This document shows positions 49,764-59,437 of a stretch of DNA of 64,000 nucleotides, one piece after another. The notes beneath the pieces are model-generated. The model made no database searches, was not told the DNA's origin, and saw nothing but the letters and a program-made list of their open reading frames with translations. This stretch comes from Deltaproteobacteria bacterium. Its GTDB lineage: Bacteria > Myxococcota_A > Polyangia > Polyangiales > Houyiibacteriaceae. Within the stretch, counting starts at the first letter, position 1. The number at the start of each line of letters is the position of its first letter. The stretch is from contig JAXMNT010000003.1 of assembly GCA_034670305.1 (NCBI GenBank), forward strand, positions 96,001 to 160,000, written 5' to 3'. A program made the position numbers and the translations under genes.

Positions 49764-50317
49764 CGTGTCCTCCGTCGGCGCATCACGACGCCCAAAGCCA
49801 AAAGTGCGAAGCCAGCCGATGCGGGGCTCGTGCCACCCACCGAACACCCGCCGTCGTCGTCGGGCGTGCTGCCCGCATCCACGCCGGAGGGACCGGAGTC
49901 CATGCCGCCAGCGCCCGAGTCGGTGCCGGACGGTCCGCTGTCCGCCGCAGCCGGACCCGAGTCCACCTCGGCGGGCCCTGCGTCTTCTTCCATCGGGCCG
50001 GCGTCTTCTTCACCAGGCCCCGTGTCGGCCGGACCTGCGTCCATGGCCGCCGGACCACCGTCGACGTCGCCCGCGCACTCCGCGGTGTCCTTGCGGGTCC
50101 ACTCGAACTGGTTGACCGACGGATCGCAGGTCAGGCAGGAGTCCATCGGGTTGTCGGGATCCTCCGGCCGCACGCAGCCAAATCCGCCGATGCTGCAGCA
50201 GCGGGCGCCGCAGCACACCGCCTGTGACACCGATCCGACGCCGTCGTCGGCGAACGCACCCGCGGGGGCAGCCCCTACGAGCAGCGCCAACGAAGCAAGC
50301 CATGTCCCTCTTCTCAT
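49760..50317 (-). CDS. Small Cys-rich MYXO-CTERM protein (paralog 1)
   Basis: Signal AFA; CCGARCC..CDPS..W; DAG/DSG repeat linker; DDGGCSV..LGVVMRRRR; ATGA coupling to paralog 2. Confidence 0.8.
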   Translation of the reverse strand: MRRGTWLASLALLVGAAPAGAFADDGVGSVSQAVCCGARCCSIGGFGCVRPEDPDNPMDSCLTCDPSVNQFEWTRKDTAECAGDVDGGPAAMDAGPADTGPGEEDAGPMEEDAGPAEVDSGPAAADSGPSGTDSGAGGMDSGPSGVDAGSTPDDDGGCSVGGTSPASAGFALLALGVVMRRRRTR

Positions 50318-50358
50318 GTGATCCCTACCTTCCGGACGCGAGGGTACCAACCGGGGAC

Positions 50359-50395
50359 CCACAACTCCAATACTCAACCCATCGTGGAGTTGTGG
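50359..50395. promoter_or_regulatory. Perfect 11-bp inverted repeat in divergent intergenic region
   Basis: CCACAACTCCA-N15-TGGAGTTGTGG. Confidence 0.55.
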
Positions 50396-50509
50396 AATTA
50401 GTCTGAATTAAGCGCCCGCACCTCTTGGGACGAGGGTCATCGAATGCAGGTCGCCCGGGACCACCACCCTTTGGCGTGCTCATTCAGGCTGGCCTGCTAT
50501 TCGCGCGGG

Positions 50510-52099
50510 GTGGGACACGTACTCGCGGTCCTCTTCTATGGGGTGATGCTCGGTGCAGTGGGCTTCTTCGTCCACAAGGTGCTGTGGTTCGTCCGGTACC
50601 GGAGCCTGCAGGACCGGATGCTCGGCCGCGCCCTCGAGAAGCTGACCGAACAGGCGGACACCACCGTGGTGCGCTGGGATCGGGGCGCGGAACACAGCTG
50701 GTCCGAAGCCAACGCGAGCCACGACGCGGGACCGACCGACTACGTGCGCCGGGTGGAAGAGGATCTGGCCCGGATCGAGCGGGTGCTCGAGGACGGCCAC
50801 ACCCCAGTCCGCTCGACCTTTGTGCGCGCCGTCGTGGAGGACACCCCGGCGGAGACCTTCACCGTGCTGCGGATCCCCCGCCACCACGGCGACGCCTTGC
50901 CGGTCGAGATCCTGCTCTCGTTCGGCCATGTGCCCGAGCCAAACGTGCCCGACCCCGCGCTCTTCGAGCTCAACATCCGGAGCCGCTACGGGTTCTGGCG
51001 TCGACTGCTCGCGTTCTTCCTCGGCGCGGCCGACGTCGTGTACTCGAGCCAACACGTCATCCGGATGTCGCAGAACCAGTCGGTCCCCGCGAACCTGCTG
51101 ATCCGCCGGGTGTCGCTGGTGTTGCTCATCCTCGTCGCGCTCGGACTCGACATCGGATTCGGGATCCGAGACCACCTCATCGCGTGGGCCGAGCGCTGGA
51201 CCCGAACCCATCTCTCCCTCGACGGCACCCTCGGTGAGTACGCGCCGAGCGTGATCGGGCTTGGGCTCTGGTTGACCATCTACGGCGCCCTCTACCTCGG
51301 GCTCTACATCGGTCTTCGATGGTGGAGCGGCCGCAAGGTCGCCCGCCTCGAGACCCTGCGCAACACCTACAAGGACCGCATCGCCGACATTCGCGACATG
51401 CATCTCGAAGGGCTGCAGCGCTGGGCCCGCGACTACGCGACGACCCTCGACGACGCCGCGATGCTCACCCTGCACCAAGCACTCATGTTGGTTCAACGCA
51501 CCCGACATCGGCTGCGCCGCCGGGTCGCGAGCAAGATGTTGCTCGCCCTCGCGGAAGAGGTCGCCCAGTGCTTCTTCGCCCGTCTCCCAGAGTCGGCGAC
51601 GGAGCTGCGGGACGTGGCCACCCAGCGCGAACACAGCCTGGCCCACAAGATCTGGCCGCGCGCGCGCGAGATGGCGTACCAGGTCGAGATCGCGAAGTTC
51701 CGTCACGCCTGGCGCGACATCGAACTGTGTCTGAGCGCGCTTCGCGGCCAGCACCCCGATCCGGATCTGGCCGGCCAACTCTGGCGAAGCCTCGTGCGCT
51801 ACGCCCGGATGTTCCCCGAGGTCGTGCCCGAGGATCTCTTCACCCGGCTTCAGGAAGCCCACGGCAACACCGTTGAGAACATGGTCGACGCCACCGATGC
51901 CGATCTCGCGGATCTCGACCAGCGTCTGACCGAACTCGCCACCGCGCTCTCGCACACCTTCGAATCGGTCAGCGCGCTCGTCGAGAGCCGCATCGAACTG
52001 ACCACCCAGGCCATGAACGCCGCGGTCGCCGATCTGGTCGCCGAAGCGCTCCGGGTCCGGGAAGAAGCCCGACTCGAAGCGATGGCGTTCGAAATCTGA
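50510..52099 (+). CDS. Hypothetical membrane protein with helical C-terminus
   Basis: About three TM segments, long amphipathic/coiled C-terminal region, high-GC3 codon usage. Confidence 0.7.
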   Translation: MGHVLAVLFYGVMLGAVGFFVHKVLWFVRYRSLQDRMLGRALEKLTEQADTTVVRWDRGAEHSWSEANASHDAGPTDYVRRVEEDLARIERVLEDGHTPVRSTFVRAVVEDTPAETFTVLRIPRHHGDALPVEILLSFGHVPEPNVPDPALFELNIRSRYGFWRRLLAFFLGAADVVYSSQHVIRMSQNQSVPANLLIRRVSLVLLILVALGLDIGFGIRDHLIAWAERWTRTHLSLDGTLGEYAPSVIGLGLWLTIYGALYLGLYIGLRWWSGRKVARLETLRNTYKDRIADIRDMHLEGLQRWARDYATTLDDAAMLTLHQALMLVQRTRHRLRRRVASKMLLALAEEVAQCFFARLPESATELRDVATQREHSLAHKIWPRAREMAYQVEIAKFRHAWRDIELCLSALRGQHPDPDLAGQLWRSLVRYARMFPEVVPEDLFTRLQEAHGNTVENMVDATDADLADLDQRLTELATALSHTFESVSALVESRIELTTQAMNAAVADLVAEALRVREEARLEAMAFEI

Positions 52100-52103
52100 G
52101 CGC

Positions 52104-52119
52104 AGGCACGGTTTGTGCG
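52104..52119 (+). promoter_or_regulatory. Candidate sigma54 promoter
   Basis: aGGCACGGTTTGTGCg: GG-N10-GC with GGCACG, 14 bp upstream of ATG 52133. Confidence 0.4.
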
Positions 52120-52132
52120 GTACCGCCGGACC

Positions 52133-53140
52133 ATGCTTCGATCCGTCCTCGGCCTGTGCCTTCTGGTGCCAACTCTGCAGCTGATGGGCTGCGCCGCACA
52201 CCACGACGTCGACGAAGGCTGCGGCATCGTGTGTTGCCGCGGCACCGACCGGGTCTCGGCAACCGATGGCTGCGTCTGCCCCGATCTCGCGCGGGTCAGC
52301 ACGAGCGGCACCTGCGCCATGGACGCAGGCCCGGGACCGGACTCGGCCACACCGGACGCCCCGTCCCCGCGGGACGCCGGGACCGACAGTCCATTGGACA
52401 TCGACGTCGGGCTGAGCTGCACGCCCACCCGCGCGCAGTACGCGTGCATGGCCGACACCACCACGCCGGCCGGCGAGGCATTCGTGCTGCCGATGGGGAT
52501 CCGCGCGTGCAGCTGCTGCCCCAACGGCGAGTGTCATGTGCGGGTGCGCGACGACCGAACCCTGGAGGTCACCACGACCCTCTGCGACATCGACTGCGAT
52601 TGCGAAGGCTGCAACGACGCGCAGATCGAATGCGAAGTCCCACCGCTGGGCGAAGGCGCATGGCGCGTGACGGTCAACGGCGAAGCGGCCATGGAGCTGC
52701 GCGCCGAACCGCCCTTGTTGGGCGCGGCGGAACCTCGGTGCGTCGAATTGGCGGAGGTCGACGTCTGTGCGCCGGGCCGCCCCGGACTCGCGATCTCCGG
52801 TGAACTCAACGTCGACTCGATCTGCGTGGACGTGACGGAGACGGGCGCGTACGAAGCGGTGTTCATCGACACCTGCTGGGGCTGCGGACAACTCGATGGC
52901 CCTTGCGAAGCGGTGCTCTTCCCGCGCACAGATCCCGATGCGCCCGGCGGCGTCATCCAAGTGGTGTCCTACACCTCCGAGACCGAGTGCGACGTCGACT
53001 GTCCCGACGTGTGCATTCGCCACGAACGCCGCTGCAAACTGCCGCCCCTTGTCCCAGGCGGCGTGTACGCCGTCGACTACGGCGCGGGAGACCGCGCGCT
53101 CGAACTCATCGCGGACGGCCGCGGCACCTGCGCGCCCTGA
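52133..53140 (+). CDS. Cys-rich lipoprotein with two internally repeated domains
   Basis: LMGC lipobox; [13 protein letters not shown] vs [14 protein letters not shown], each preceded by a Cys cluster. Confidence 0.7.
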   Translation: MLRSVLGLCLLVPTLQLMGCAAHHDVDEGCGIVCCRGTDRVSATDGCVCPDLARVSTSGTCAMDAGPGPDSATPDAPSPRDAGTDSPLDIDVGLSCTPTRAQYACMADTTTPAGEAFVLPMGIRACSCCPNGECHVRVRDDRTLEVTTTLCDIDCDCEGCNDAQIECEVPPLGEGAWRVTVNGEAAMELRAEPPLLGAAEPRCVELAEVDVCAPGRPGLAISGELNVDSICVDVTETGAYEAVFIDTCWGCGQLDGPCEAVLFPRTDPDAPGGVIQVVSYTSETECDVDCPDVCIRHERRCKLPPLVPGGVYAVDYGAGDRALELIADGRGTCAP

Positions 53141-53142
53141 GC

Positions 53143-53420
53143 CGGTAGCGAAAGCGGGAGCGGAAGCGGCAGCGGATTCGGTCGCGGAAGCGGAAGCGGA
53201 AGCGGAAGCGGTAGCGGAAGCGGGAGCGGATTCGGCGTCGGCTTCGGATTCGGCTTCGGATTCGGCGTCGGCTTCGGCTTCGGCTTCGGCTTCGGCTTCG
53301 GCTTCGGCTTCCGCTTCGGCGTCGGCTTCGGCGTCGGCTTGGGCTTCGGCTTCGGCTTCGGCTTCGATTGGCAAGCGCTCAAGGGCAAGGGCAGGGGCAA
53401 GGGCAAGGGCAAGGGGCACG
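53143..53420. repeat. Intergenic hexamer microsatellite (GGAAGC)n-(GGCTTC)n-(GGGCAA)n
   Basis: Directly visible; first two tracts are roughly reverse-complementary. Confidence 0.9.
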
Positions 53421-53463
53421 GCTCCGCCGTGCTGGCGCTTGTGCGCTCCGGGGTCCCGGAGTA

Positions 53464-55269
53464 ATGCGCCGGATGCGCTTCACCCAGGCCTTCATTCCCA
53501 CCGTCAAAGAGGTCCCGAAGGACGCGGTCGACGCGTCCCACGTGCTGCTGCTCCGGGGCGGGTTCATCCGCATGATCGGCGCCGGCATCTACGAGATGCT
53601 CCCGCTCGGCCAGCGGGTGCTGACCAAGGTCAGCAACATCATCCGCGACGAGATGAACGAGGCGAGCGCCCAAGAGGTGCTGATGCCCACGCTTCTTCCG
53701 GCGAGCTACTTCAAGGAGACCGGGCGCTGGGACGTCTACGGGGATGTGCTCGTGCGCATCAAGGACCGGCGCGGCGGGCACTACCACCTGGCGCCGACGC
53801 ACGAAGAGATCGTGACCGACATGGTTCGGCGCGAAGTGAAGAGCTACAAGCAGCTGCCGCTGAACCTGTACCAGGTGCAATGGAAGTTCCGCGACGAACC
53901 CCGGCCGCGCGCGGGGCTGATGCGCTGCCGCGAGTTCCTCATGAAGGACGCCTACTCCTTCGATTCCTCGCTCGAGAACGCGGAGAAGAGCTACGCGATC
54001 ATGCGCGACGCGTACCACCGCATCTTCGGCCGCCTCGGTCTGACCTACCGCATCGTCGAAGCGGACAGCGGCCAGATCGGCGGCGACACGAGCGCCGAGT
54101 TCCAGGTGCTCGCCCAGAGCGGCGAAGACCACATCGTCGCCTGCGGATCCTGTGACTACGCGGCGAACGTCGAAGTCGCCGAGGCGGCCGTCGACGCAGG
54201 CGCCGCCGATGCGAGCGGCACCCCTGCGATGGAGAAGATCGCGACGCCCGACACCCGCACGATCGAAGAGGTGCTCAAGTTCTTCGGTGGCGAGACCACC
54301 ATCGACGCGACGCTGAAGTCGCTGCTCTACGTCGCGCTCGCGCCGCTTCCGGAAGACGAAGACTCGAAGAAGAAAAAGAAGAAGCGCCCGGAACCGGAAG
54401 AGCCGAAGCTGGCGAAGGCGCTCGTCGTGGTGCGCGGCGATCACGAAGTGAACGAGATCAAAGTGGCGCGCGCGATGGCCGCCACCGGCGTTCGACTCGC
54501 CACCGAAGAAGAGGTGCGGGAGACGTTCGGGGTGGGCCTCGGTTCACTCGGTCCGGTCGCGGCGCCCGCGGATCTGCGCGTGCTCGTAGACCACGCCGTT
54601 GCGCATGTGGCGGACGGCATCTGCGGCGCCAACGAAGACGGTCACCACCTCCGCCACGTGGCATTCGGTCGCGACTTCGAGGGCGAACGCGCCGCGCTGC
54701 GTATGGTCGGCGAAGGCGACGCCTGCCCGCGCTGCAACGGCGTCCTGTCCTCGTACCGCGGCATCGAAGGCGGGCACATCTTCATTCTCGGCACCCACTA
54801 CTCGTCGAAGATGAACGCCACGTTCCTCGACGAGAACGGCAAAGCGAAGCCGTTCGTGATGGGCTGCTATGGCATCGGGGTCACCCGGCTCATGGCCGCG
54901 GCGATCGAACAGCACCACGACGACCACGGGATCCGATGGCCGATGGCGATCGCGCCCTACCAGGTCACCGTGCTCACCCTCGGCAAGGACGCCGCGGTCA
55001 AAGAGGCCGCAGAGAAGATCTACGACGCACTCAAGAAGCGCCGCGTGGAAGTGCTCTTCGACGACCGGAAAGACCGGCCCGGATCCAAGTTCAAAGACGC
55101 CGACCTGATCGGGGTCCCACTGCGGGTCGCGATCGGGGCTCGGGGACTGGAAGAAGGCATGGCAGAGTTGAAGGAACGTGCGTCGGACGACGCCGAGTCC
55201 ATCCCGCTCGACGAAATCGTCGACGTCGTGGTGGCGCGGATCGAACAGCAACTCGCCAGCGAGGGTTGA
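53464..55269 (+). CDS. proS: Proline--tRNA ligase (bacterial type with INS editing domain)
   Basis: [69 protein letters not shown]; start may be 53473. Confidence 0.97.
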   Translation: MRRMRFTQAFIPTVKEVPKDAVDASHVLLLRGGFIRMIGAGIYEMLPLGQRVLTKVSNIIRDEMNEASAQEVLMPTLLPASYFKETGRWDVYGDVLVRIKDRRGGHYHLAPTHEEIVTDMVRREVKSYKQLPLNLYQVQWKFRDEPRPRAGLMRCREFLMKDAYSFDSSLENAEKSYAIMRDAYHRIFGRLGLTYRIVEADSGQIGGDTSAEFQVLAQSGEDHIVACGSCDYAANVEVAEAAVDAGAADASGTPAMEKIATPDTRTIEEVLKFFGGETTIDATLKSLLYVALAPLPEDEDSKKKKKKRPEPEEPKLAKALVVVRGDHEVNEIKVARAMAATGVRLATEEEVRETFGVGLGSLGPVAAPADLRVLVDHAVAHVADGICGANEDGHHLRHVAFGRDFEGERAALRMVGEGDACPRCNGVLSSYRGIEGGHIFILGTHYSSKMNATFLDENGKAKPFVMGCYGIGVTRLMAAAIEQHHDDHGIRWPMAIAPYQVTVLTLGKDAAVKEAAEKIYDALKKRRVEVLFDDRKDRPGSKFKDADLIGVPLRVAIGARGLEEGMAELKERASDDAESIPLDEIVDVVVARIEQQLASEG

Positions 55270-55277
55270 AGAGGACG

Positions 55278-55445
55278 ATGACCGAACCTGGAACCCGTGA
55301 GAGCCCGATGTGGCGCCACTTCGTCCTGTGGGCGCTGTTTCTGATCCTCGTGGTGGTCGGCGTCTTTCAGGTGCTCCTCCCGGAACTGGAAGACGACAAC
55401 CCGGAAGGATCGGCCTCGGAGACGACCGAAGAACCCGCCGAGTAG
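55278..55445 (+). CDS. Small single-TM protein
   Basis: GAGGA RBS; one hydrophobic helix, acidic tail. Confidence 0.5.
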   Translation: MTEPGTRESPMWRHFVLWALFLILVVVGVFQVLLPELEDDNPEGSASETTEEPAE

Positions 55446-55634
55446 ATCGAAGCTCGTAAATTGCCGAGCAATTACAATAGTTTGAGGGAAAGATCGAACA
55501 TGTAGCAGGGGCTGAGCGTCGATCCCTACGTGGGTGAGACGACGACAACTGTCCTGTGGAAGCTCCGCCGGGCCGCTGATCCGGCCCCAAAGTTGCGATC
55601 GGCAGCTGTGAGCCGTCACACTGTGCGGGATGTG

Positions 55635-58076
55635 ATGAAATCCTGGCTCGGTGTAGCGTCGGTCGTTTTGTTCGCGCTCGCCCCTTCGACGGTGGTGCGT
55701 GCGGACGATGCGCTCCTCTGCGCGTTCGAGCCAGGCCCCGAGGTCGCTTCGATGCTCTCGCTGGACCCGCTTCCAGCGCGCGGCCCAGAACCGGCGCCGA
55801 TGTGCGAACCGCTCAGCGCCGACCCCTCGGGCGCGCGGGACCTGAGCGCGCGGGCGGGACGGCTCGCGCTCGAGCGCGCCGACGCGACGGAAGACCCAGC
55901 CGCGGCGCTCGTCGCGCTCGATCTGGTGGCGGAGGTCTTTCCGAGACTCGGCGACCTCATCGATCTTCGCCGCGGCGAACGGCACTTCGAGCTCGGCGCG
56001 TACTCGGATGCTCGCGACGCGTTTGCCCGGGCCCGGGATGCGAGCTTCGACAGCCAGGTGCTGGTGCTCGCGCGGGTCGGGTACACCCGCAGCCTGCTCG
56101 CGATGGGCCATCGGGACGCCACCGATTCGCTGCGTTCCCTGTTGCGACGCTACCCGGACCTTCCCGAAGAGCCGGCCCTCGAGTTCGCCATGGCGCAGTA
56201 CCAAGAAGGACGCGGACGCACCGCCGAAGCGATTCAGAAGTACCGCGCCCTCGATGTGCGACACCCTGGCACCGGCCCAGGACGTGCAGCCCGCGCGCGG
56301 CTCGAAGCCATGGAGGACGAAGGCGTCGACATCCGGCCCATGCCGCCGATCCAGCGGGTCGAGCGGGCGGAACGTTTGCTTCGGCGGGGCCCGCTCGACG
56401 AAGCCCGGACCGAGCTTGCGGCGCTCGAAGCGGAACCGGCGCTGGGACCCACGCACCGCGCGCGGGTCTACTTTGCGCTCGCCACGATCGCTCGACACGA
56501 AGGTCGGTGGGCGGACGCCCGCGCCTACCTCGCCCGTGGGTCGAACACCGGCGCCGCGCTCGGCGACGAAGAGGACCAAGCGCGCCGAACCCAGCGGAGC
56601 GCGTCCATGGCCGAAGCCACGGTCGCGCGGGAGCGCGAAGAAGCGGCGCGCCGAATCAGGCAGTTGCGTGGCCGGACGCCGATGTCGCGCATCGGCACCG
56701 CGCGCGTGATGTTGATGGCCCGCGTGGCGGCTCGGGCTGGGCTGTCTGAGGAGCTGGACGAACTCGGAGAAGAGCTCGTCCGCCGCAACCTGCACGCCGG
56801 ACTTCGGCTTCGGGTCGCGCTCGATCTGGTGGGTTCGATCTCGGACGAACGGTTGCTCGCGTTGCTCGACGGACTCGAGCGCCGTCCGGGCACCATCGGC
56901 ATGCAGTCGCTCTACCACTCGGCCCGCGCGCTTCAGCGCCTCGGCCGCTTCGCCGAAGCCGAGCACGCCTTTCAAGCGGTGATCGAACGCGACCGCGGCA
57001 TCACGCCCTTCTACAAGATGTGGGCCGAGCTCCAGCTCGAGGAGATGCACCGAGCCAGTGAGATCCTGTGCGGTGGGGCGTCGAGCTGCGAAGAGACGGC
57101 GGCGCAACCGAGCCCGCCCCGCGCCGAAGGATCCAGGCTCGAAGCGACGATGTCTCCCGAGGACGTCGTGCGCACCGAGCCGGTCGAGGCCGCGTCCCTG
57201 GAAGCGCTCGCGGTCCGGCTGCACCCGCTGGTCGAGCGACACGGCGAAGCGCTCCCGTGGCTTGGTCGGGCGCACGATCTCTTGCTGACCCACGACGCCA
57301 GCGGGGCAGGCCGTCAGCTCTACGAAGCGATGATCGCGTGGCGCGAAGCCATCGGTCGCGCCATTCGACGCGCGGGTCTCGAGAGTGTCGCGCGTGGGGA
57401 CAACCGCGCGCGGGTGTTCGTCGATTTCGCAACCCGGCGCGCGCGACGCGCGGTCCCCGCGGCCGACCGCGAGTTGCTCTCGGAGATCGCCGCGGAGATC
57501 GGCGACATCGGCGCCGCCACCGGCTGGGGTGGATGGGACGCGGTGGCCGAACGTCCCCGCGCCTACGCGGCGGAAGTCGAAGCGGCTGCCATGCGCCACG
57601 GGCTCGATCCCAACCTGCTCTTCGCCATCATGCGGGTCGAGAGCGTGTACCAGAAGGACATCGTCTCGTACGCGGGTGCGATCGGCCTCTGTCAGATCAT
57701 GCCGCGTACCGGACAGCTGATCGCGGCTGCGCGTGGCAAGGACGACTACACCGTGGCCGACCTGCTCGACCCGCAGATCAACCTCGACTTCGCCGCGTGG
57801 TACCTGCGCTCCCTGATCGAGCGGTTCGATGGACACGTGCCACTCGCGATCGCGAGCTACAACGGTGGCCCGCACAACGTGCGGCGCTGGCTCGAAGACC
57901 ACGCCCGCGAGATGCCACTCGACGCCTTCCTCGAACACATCCCGTTCGACCAGACCCACCGCTATGTGCGCCGCGTGCTCACCCACTACCGCGCGTACCG
58001 CGCCCAGCAGGGTCTGCCGATGATCGCCCTGTCGACCACCCTGCCCGCCCCCGGCATCGACCCTGTCGCGTTCTGA
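55635..58076 (+). CDS. Soluble lytic transglycosylase (Slt-like) with TPR region
   Basis: Signal VRA; TPR-like helices; AIMRVES, GAIGLCQIMP, ASYNGGP, EHIPFDQTHRYV. Confidence 0.9.
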   Translation: MKSWLGVASVVLFALAPSTVVRADDALLCAFEPGPEVASMLSLDPLPARGPEPAPMCEPLSADPSGARDLSARAGRLALERADATEDPAAALVALDLVAEVFPRLGDLIDLRRGERHFELGAYSDARDAFARARDASFDSQVLVLARVGYTRSLLAMGHRDATDSLRSLLRRYPDLPEEPALEFAMAQYQEGRGRTAEAIQKYRALDVRHPGTGPGRAARARLEAMEDEGVDIRPMPPIQRVERAERLLRRGPLDEARTELAALEAEPALGPTHRARVYFALATIARHEGRWADARAYLARGSNTGAALGDEEDQARRTQRSASMAEATVAREREEAARRIRQLRGRTPMSRIGTARVMLMARVAARAGLSEELDELGEELVRRNLHAGLRLRVALDLVGSISDERLLALLDGLERRPGTIGMQSLYHSARALQRLGRFAEAEHAFQAVIERDRGITPFYKMWAELQLEEMHRASEILCGGASSCEETAAQPSPPRAEGSRLEATMSPEDVVRTEPVEAASLEALAVRLHPLVERHGEALPWLGRAHDLLLTHDASGAGRQLYEAMIAWREAIGRAIRRAGLESVARGDNRARVFVDFATRRARRAVPAADRELLSEIAAEIGDIGAATGWGGWDAVAERPRAYAAEVEAAAMRHGLDPNLLFAIMRVESVYQKDIVSYAGAIGLCQIMPRTGQLIAAARGKDDYTVADLLDPQINLDFAAWYLRSLIERFDGHVPLAIASYNGGPHNVRRWLEDHAREMPLDAFLEHIPFDQTHRYVRRVLTHYRAYRAQQGLPMIALSTTLPAPGIDPVAF

Positions 58077-58104
58077 AGTCGCGTTCTGAAGTCGGCCGGC
58101 TTCG

Positions 58105-59358
58105 TTAGCCGCACCCACCGCGGTCGCAGAGATCGGATGCGTCCAGCAGGTCGCAGTAGCCGGCCACGCCGCGCAGGCAGCCTTGCCGCGCGACCATGCC
58201 GAACGCTCCGCCATCGCGAAGCGTCTCCGCCGGCACATCGTTCAGCAGCGCCTCCACGCCTGCGCACAGGATGGGGTCTCCGTCCTCGGGGTCACCCGCA
58301 TCTTCTTCGACGCGGCACCAGCCGACCGCAGAGGAGACCACGTCGGCTGGATGCGCGCCGCGCTCGAGCTCGATCCGCCATCGCATCACGCACGCTTCCG
58401 AGTCTCCGAGCCCGCACGCGTGGGCCGCGACCCGAGAGGCCCGCCGGAGATCGGTGCCGTCTTCGAAGAGCTGGCGCGCGCGGGTGGTGCATCCGCTCGC
58501 CGAGCCGCCTGGGCAGACGTGCCATGGGTCCTGCGCGTGTCGGCCATCGCCGCACGAACCGGTCGAGACTTCGGATGCGTGAACGGGTGCGCCCCGCTGC
58601 AGCACCCGGCGGGTGTAGTAGGTCGCGCCGCACGCGCCGCCTGCGTGCTGGAACTCGATCGTGTCGTCGCCTTCCCCACGCGTGACGAGACCGAGGTCGG
58701 TGTCGGCTGCTCGAAAGAACGCACCCTCGGGCCGCGCCGCGCATGGGAGCCGGACCCAGAGCGCTGCGTCGATCGGGTTGTACACATCGTCCGGCGACCG
58801 AATGAAGGCGCCACCGGCCGGGCTCGTGCAGACCGGGGTCTCGGTGACCTCGCCGTGCACCGTGCGCACGTGCGCCGCGTCGTACCCGGACGCATCGCGT
58901 CGTACCCGAAGAACGAACGGTGATGGCAGTCGACGCTCGAAGGGACCGAGCCTGGAGACGAACCCACGCTCCAGCGCCCCGCTTCGCTGGAGCCACGCGT
59001 CCGCCGACGCACGCGTCTCGAACATGCCCGAGACGATCCAAACGAGTTCGCCCTCGTGTCCAGGGACGAACTCCGCTGCCACCACCAGCATCGGATAGCC
59101 GGGCCCAGCCCCCTCGATGGAGTCGACGCGGCCCGCCACCGTCTCGAGCGGGCCTGTGTCGGCGATGACCACGAACTGTGGCGTGGGGCAGTCCACGCAC
59201 CCCGACGCGCTCAGGGAATCGAACATCCATCGGCCGGCAGGCGTCGGTGGGGACACGGGCATGGCCGCGCTCGAGACAGGCGTGGAGGGTGACTCGACCG
59301 AGGGCGCGCCCCCGCACGCGGTCAGAACCATTAGGCTGAGAAACTTCGGAAGACTCAT
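58105..59358 (-). CDS. Hypothetical lipoprotein with Sel1-like Cys helical C-terminus
   Basis: LTACGG lipobox; ACGLGDSEAC and GCLRGVAGYC. Confidence 0.55.
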   Translation of the reverse strand: MSLPKFLSLMVLTACGGAPSVESPSTPVSSAAMPVSPPTPAGRWMFDSLSASGCVDCPTPQFVVIADTGPLETVAGRVDSIEGAGPGYPMLVVAAEFVPGHEGELVWIVSGMFETRASADAWLQRSGALERGFVSRLGPFERRLPSPFVLRVRRDASGYDAAHVRTVHGEVTETPVCTSPAGGAFIRSPDDVYNPIDAALWVRLPCAARPEGAFFRAADTDLGLVTRGEGDDTIEFQHAGGACGATYYTRRVLQRGAPVHASEVSTGSCGDGRHAQDPWHVCPGGSASGCTTRARQLFEDGTDLRRASRVAAHACGLGDSEACVMRWRIELERGAHPADVVSSAVGWCRVEEDAGDPEDGDPILCAGVEALLNDVPAETLRDGGAFGMVARQGCLRGVAGYCDLLDASDLCDRGGCG

Positions 59359-59437
59359 GACACCGTTTACGTCCACGACCGGGGGTTCTCCCGGAGCGTC
59401 CGCCCAGTCTCGCACCGGAAGGCCCGCGACTCACAGG

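Noticed and set aside
55456..55480. Imperfect palindrome GTAAATTGC-cga-GCAATTAC upstream of slt
   Set aside because: Short, imperfect and single; cannot be distinguished from ordinary AT-rich promoter DNA
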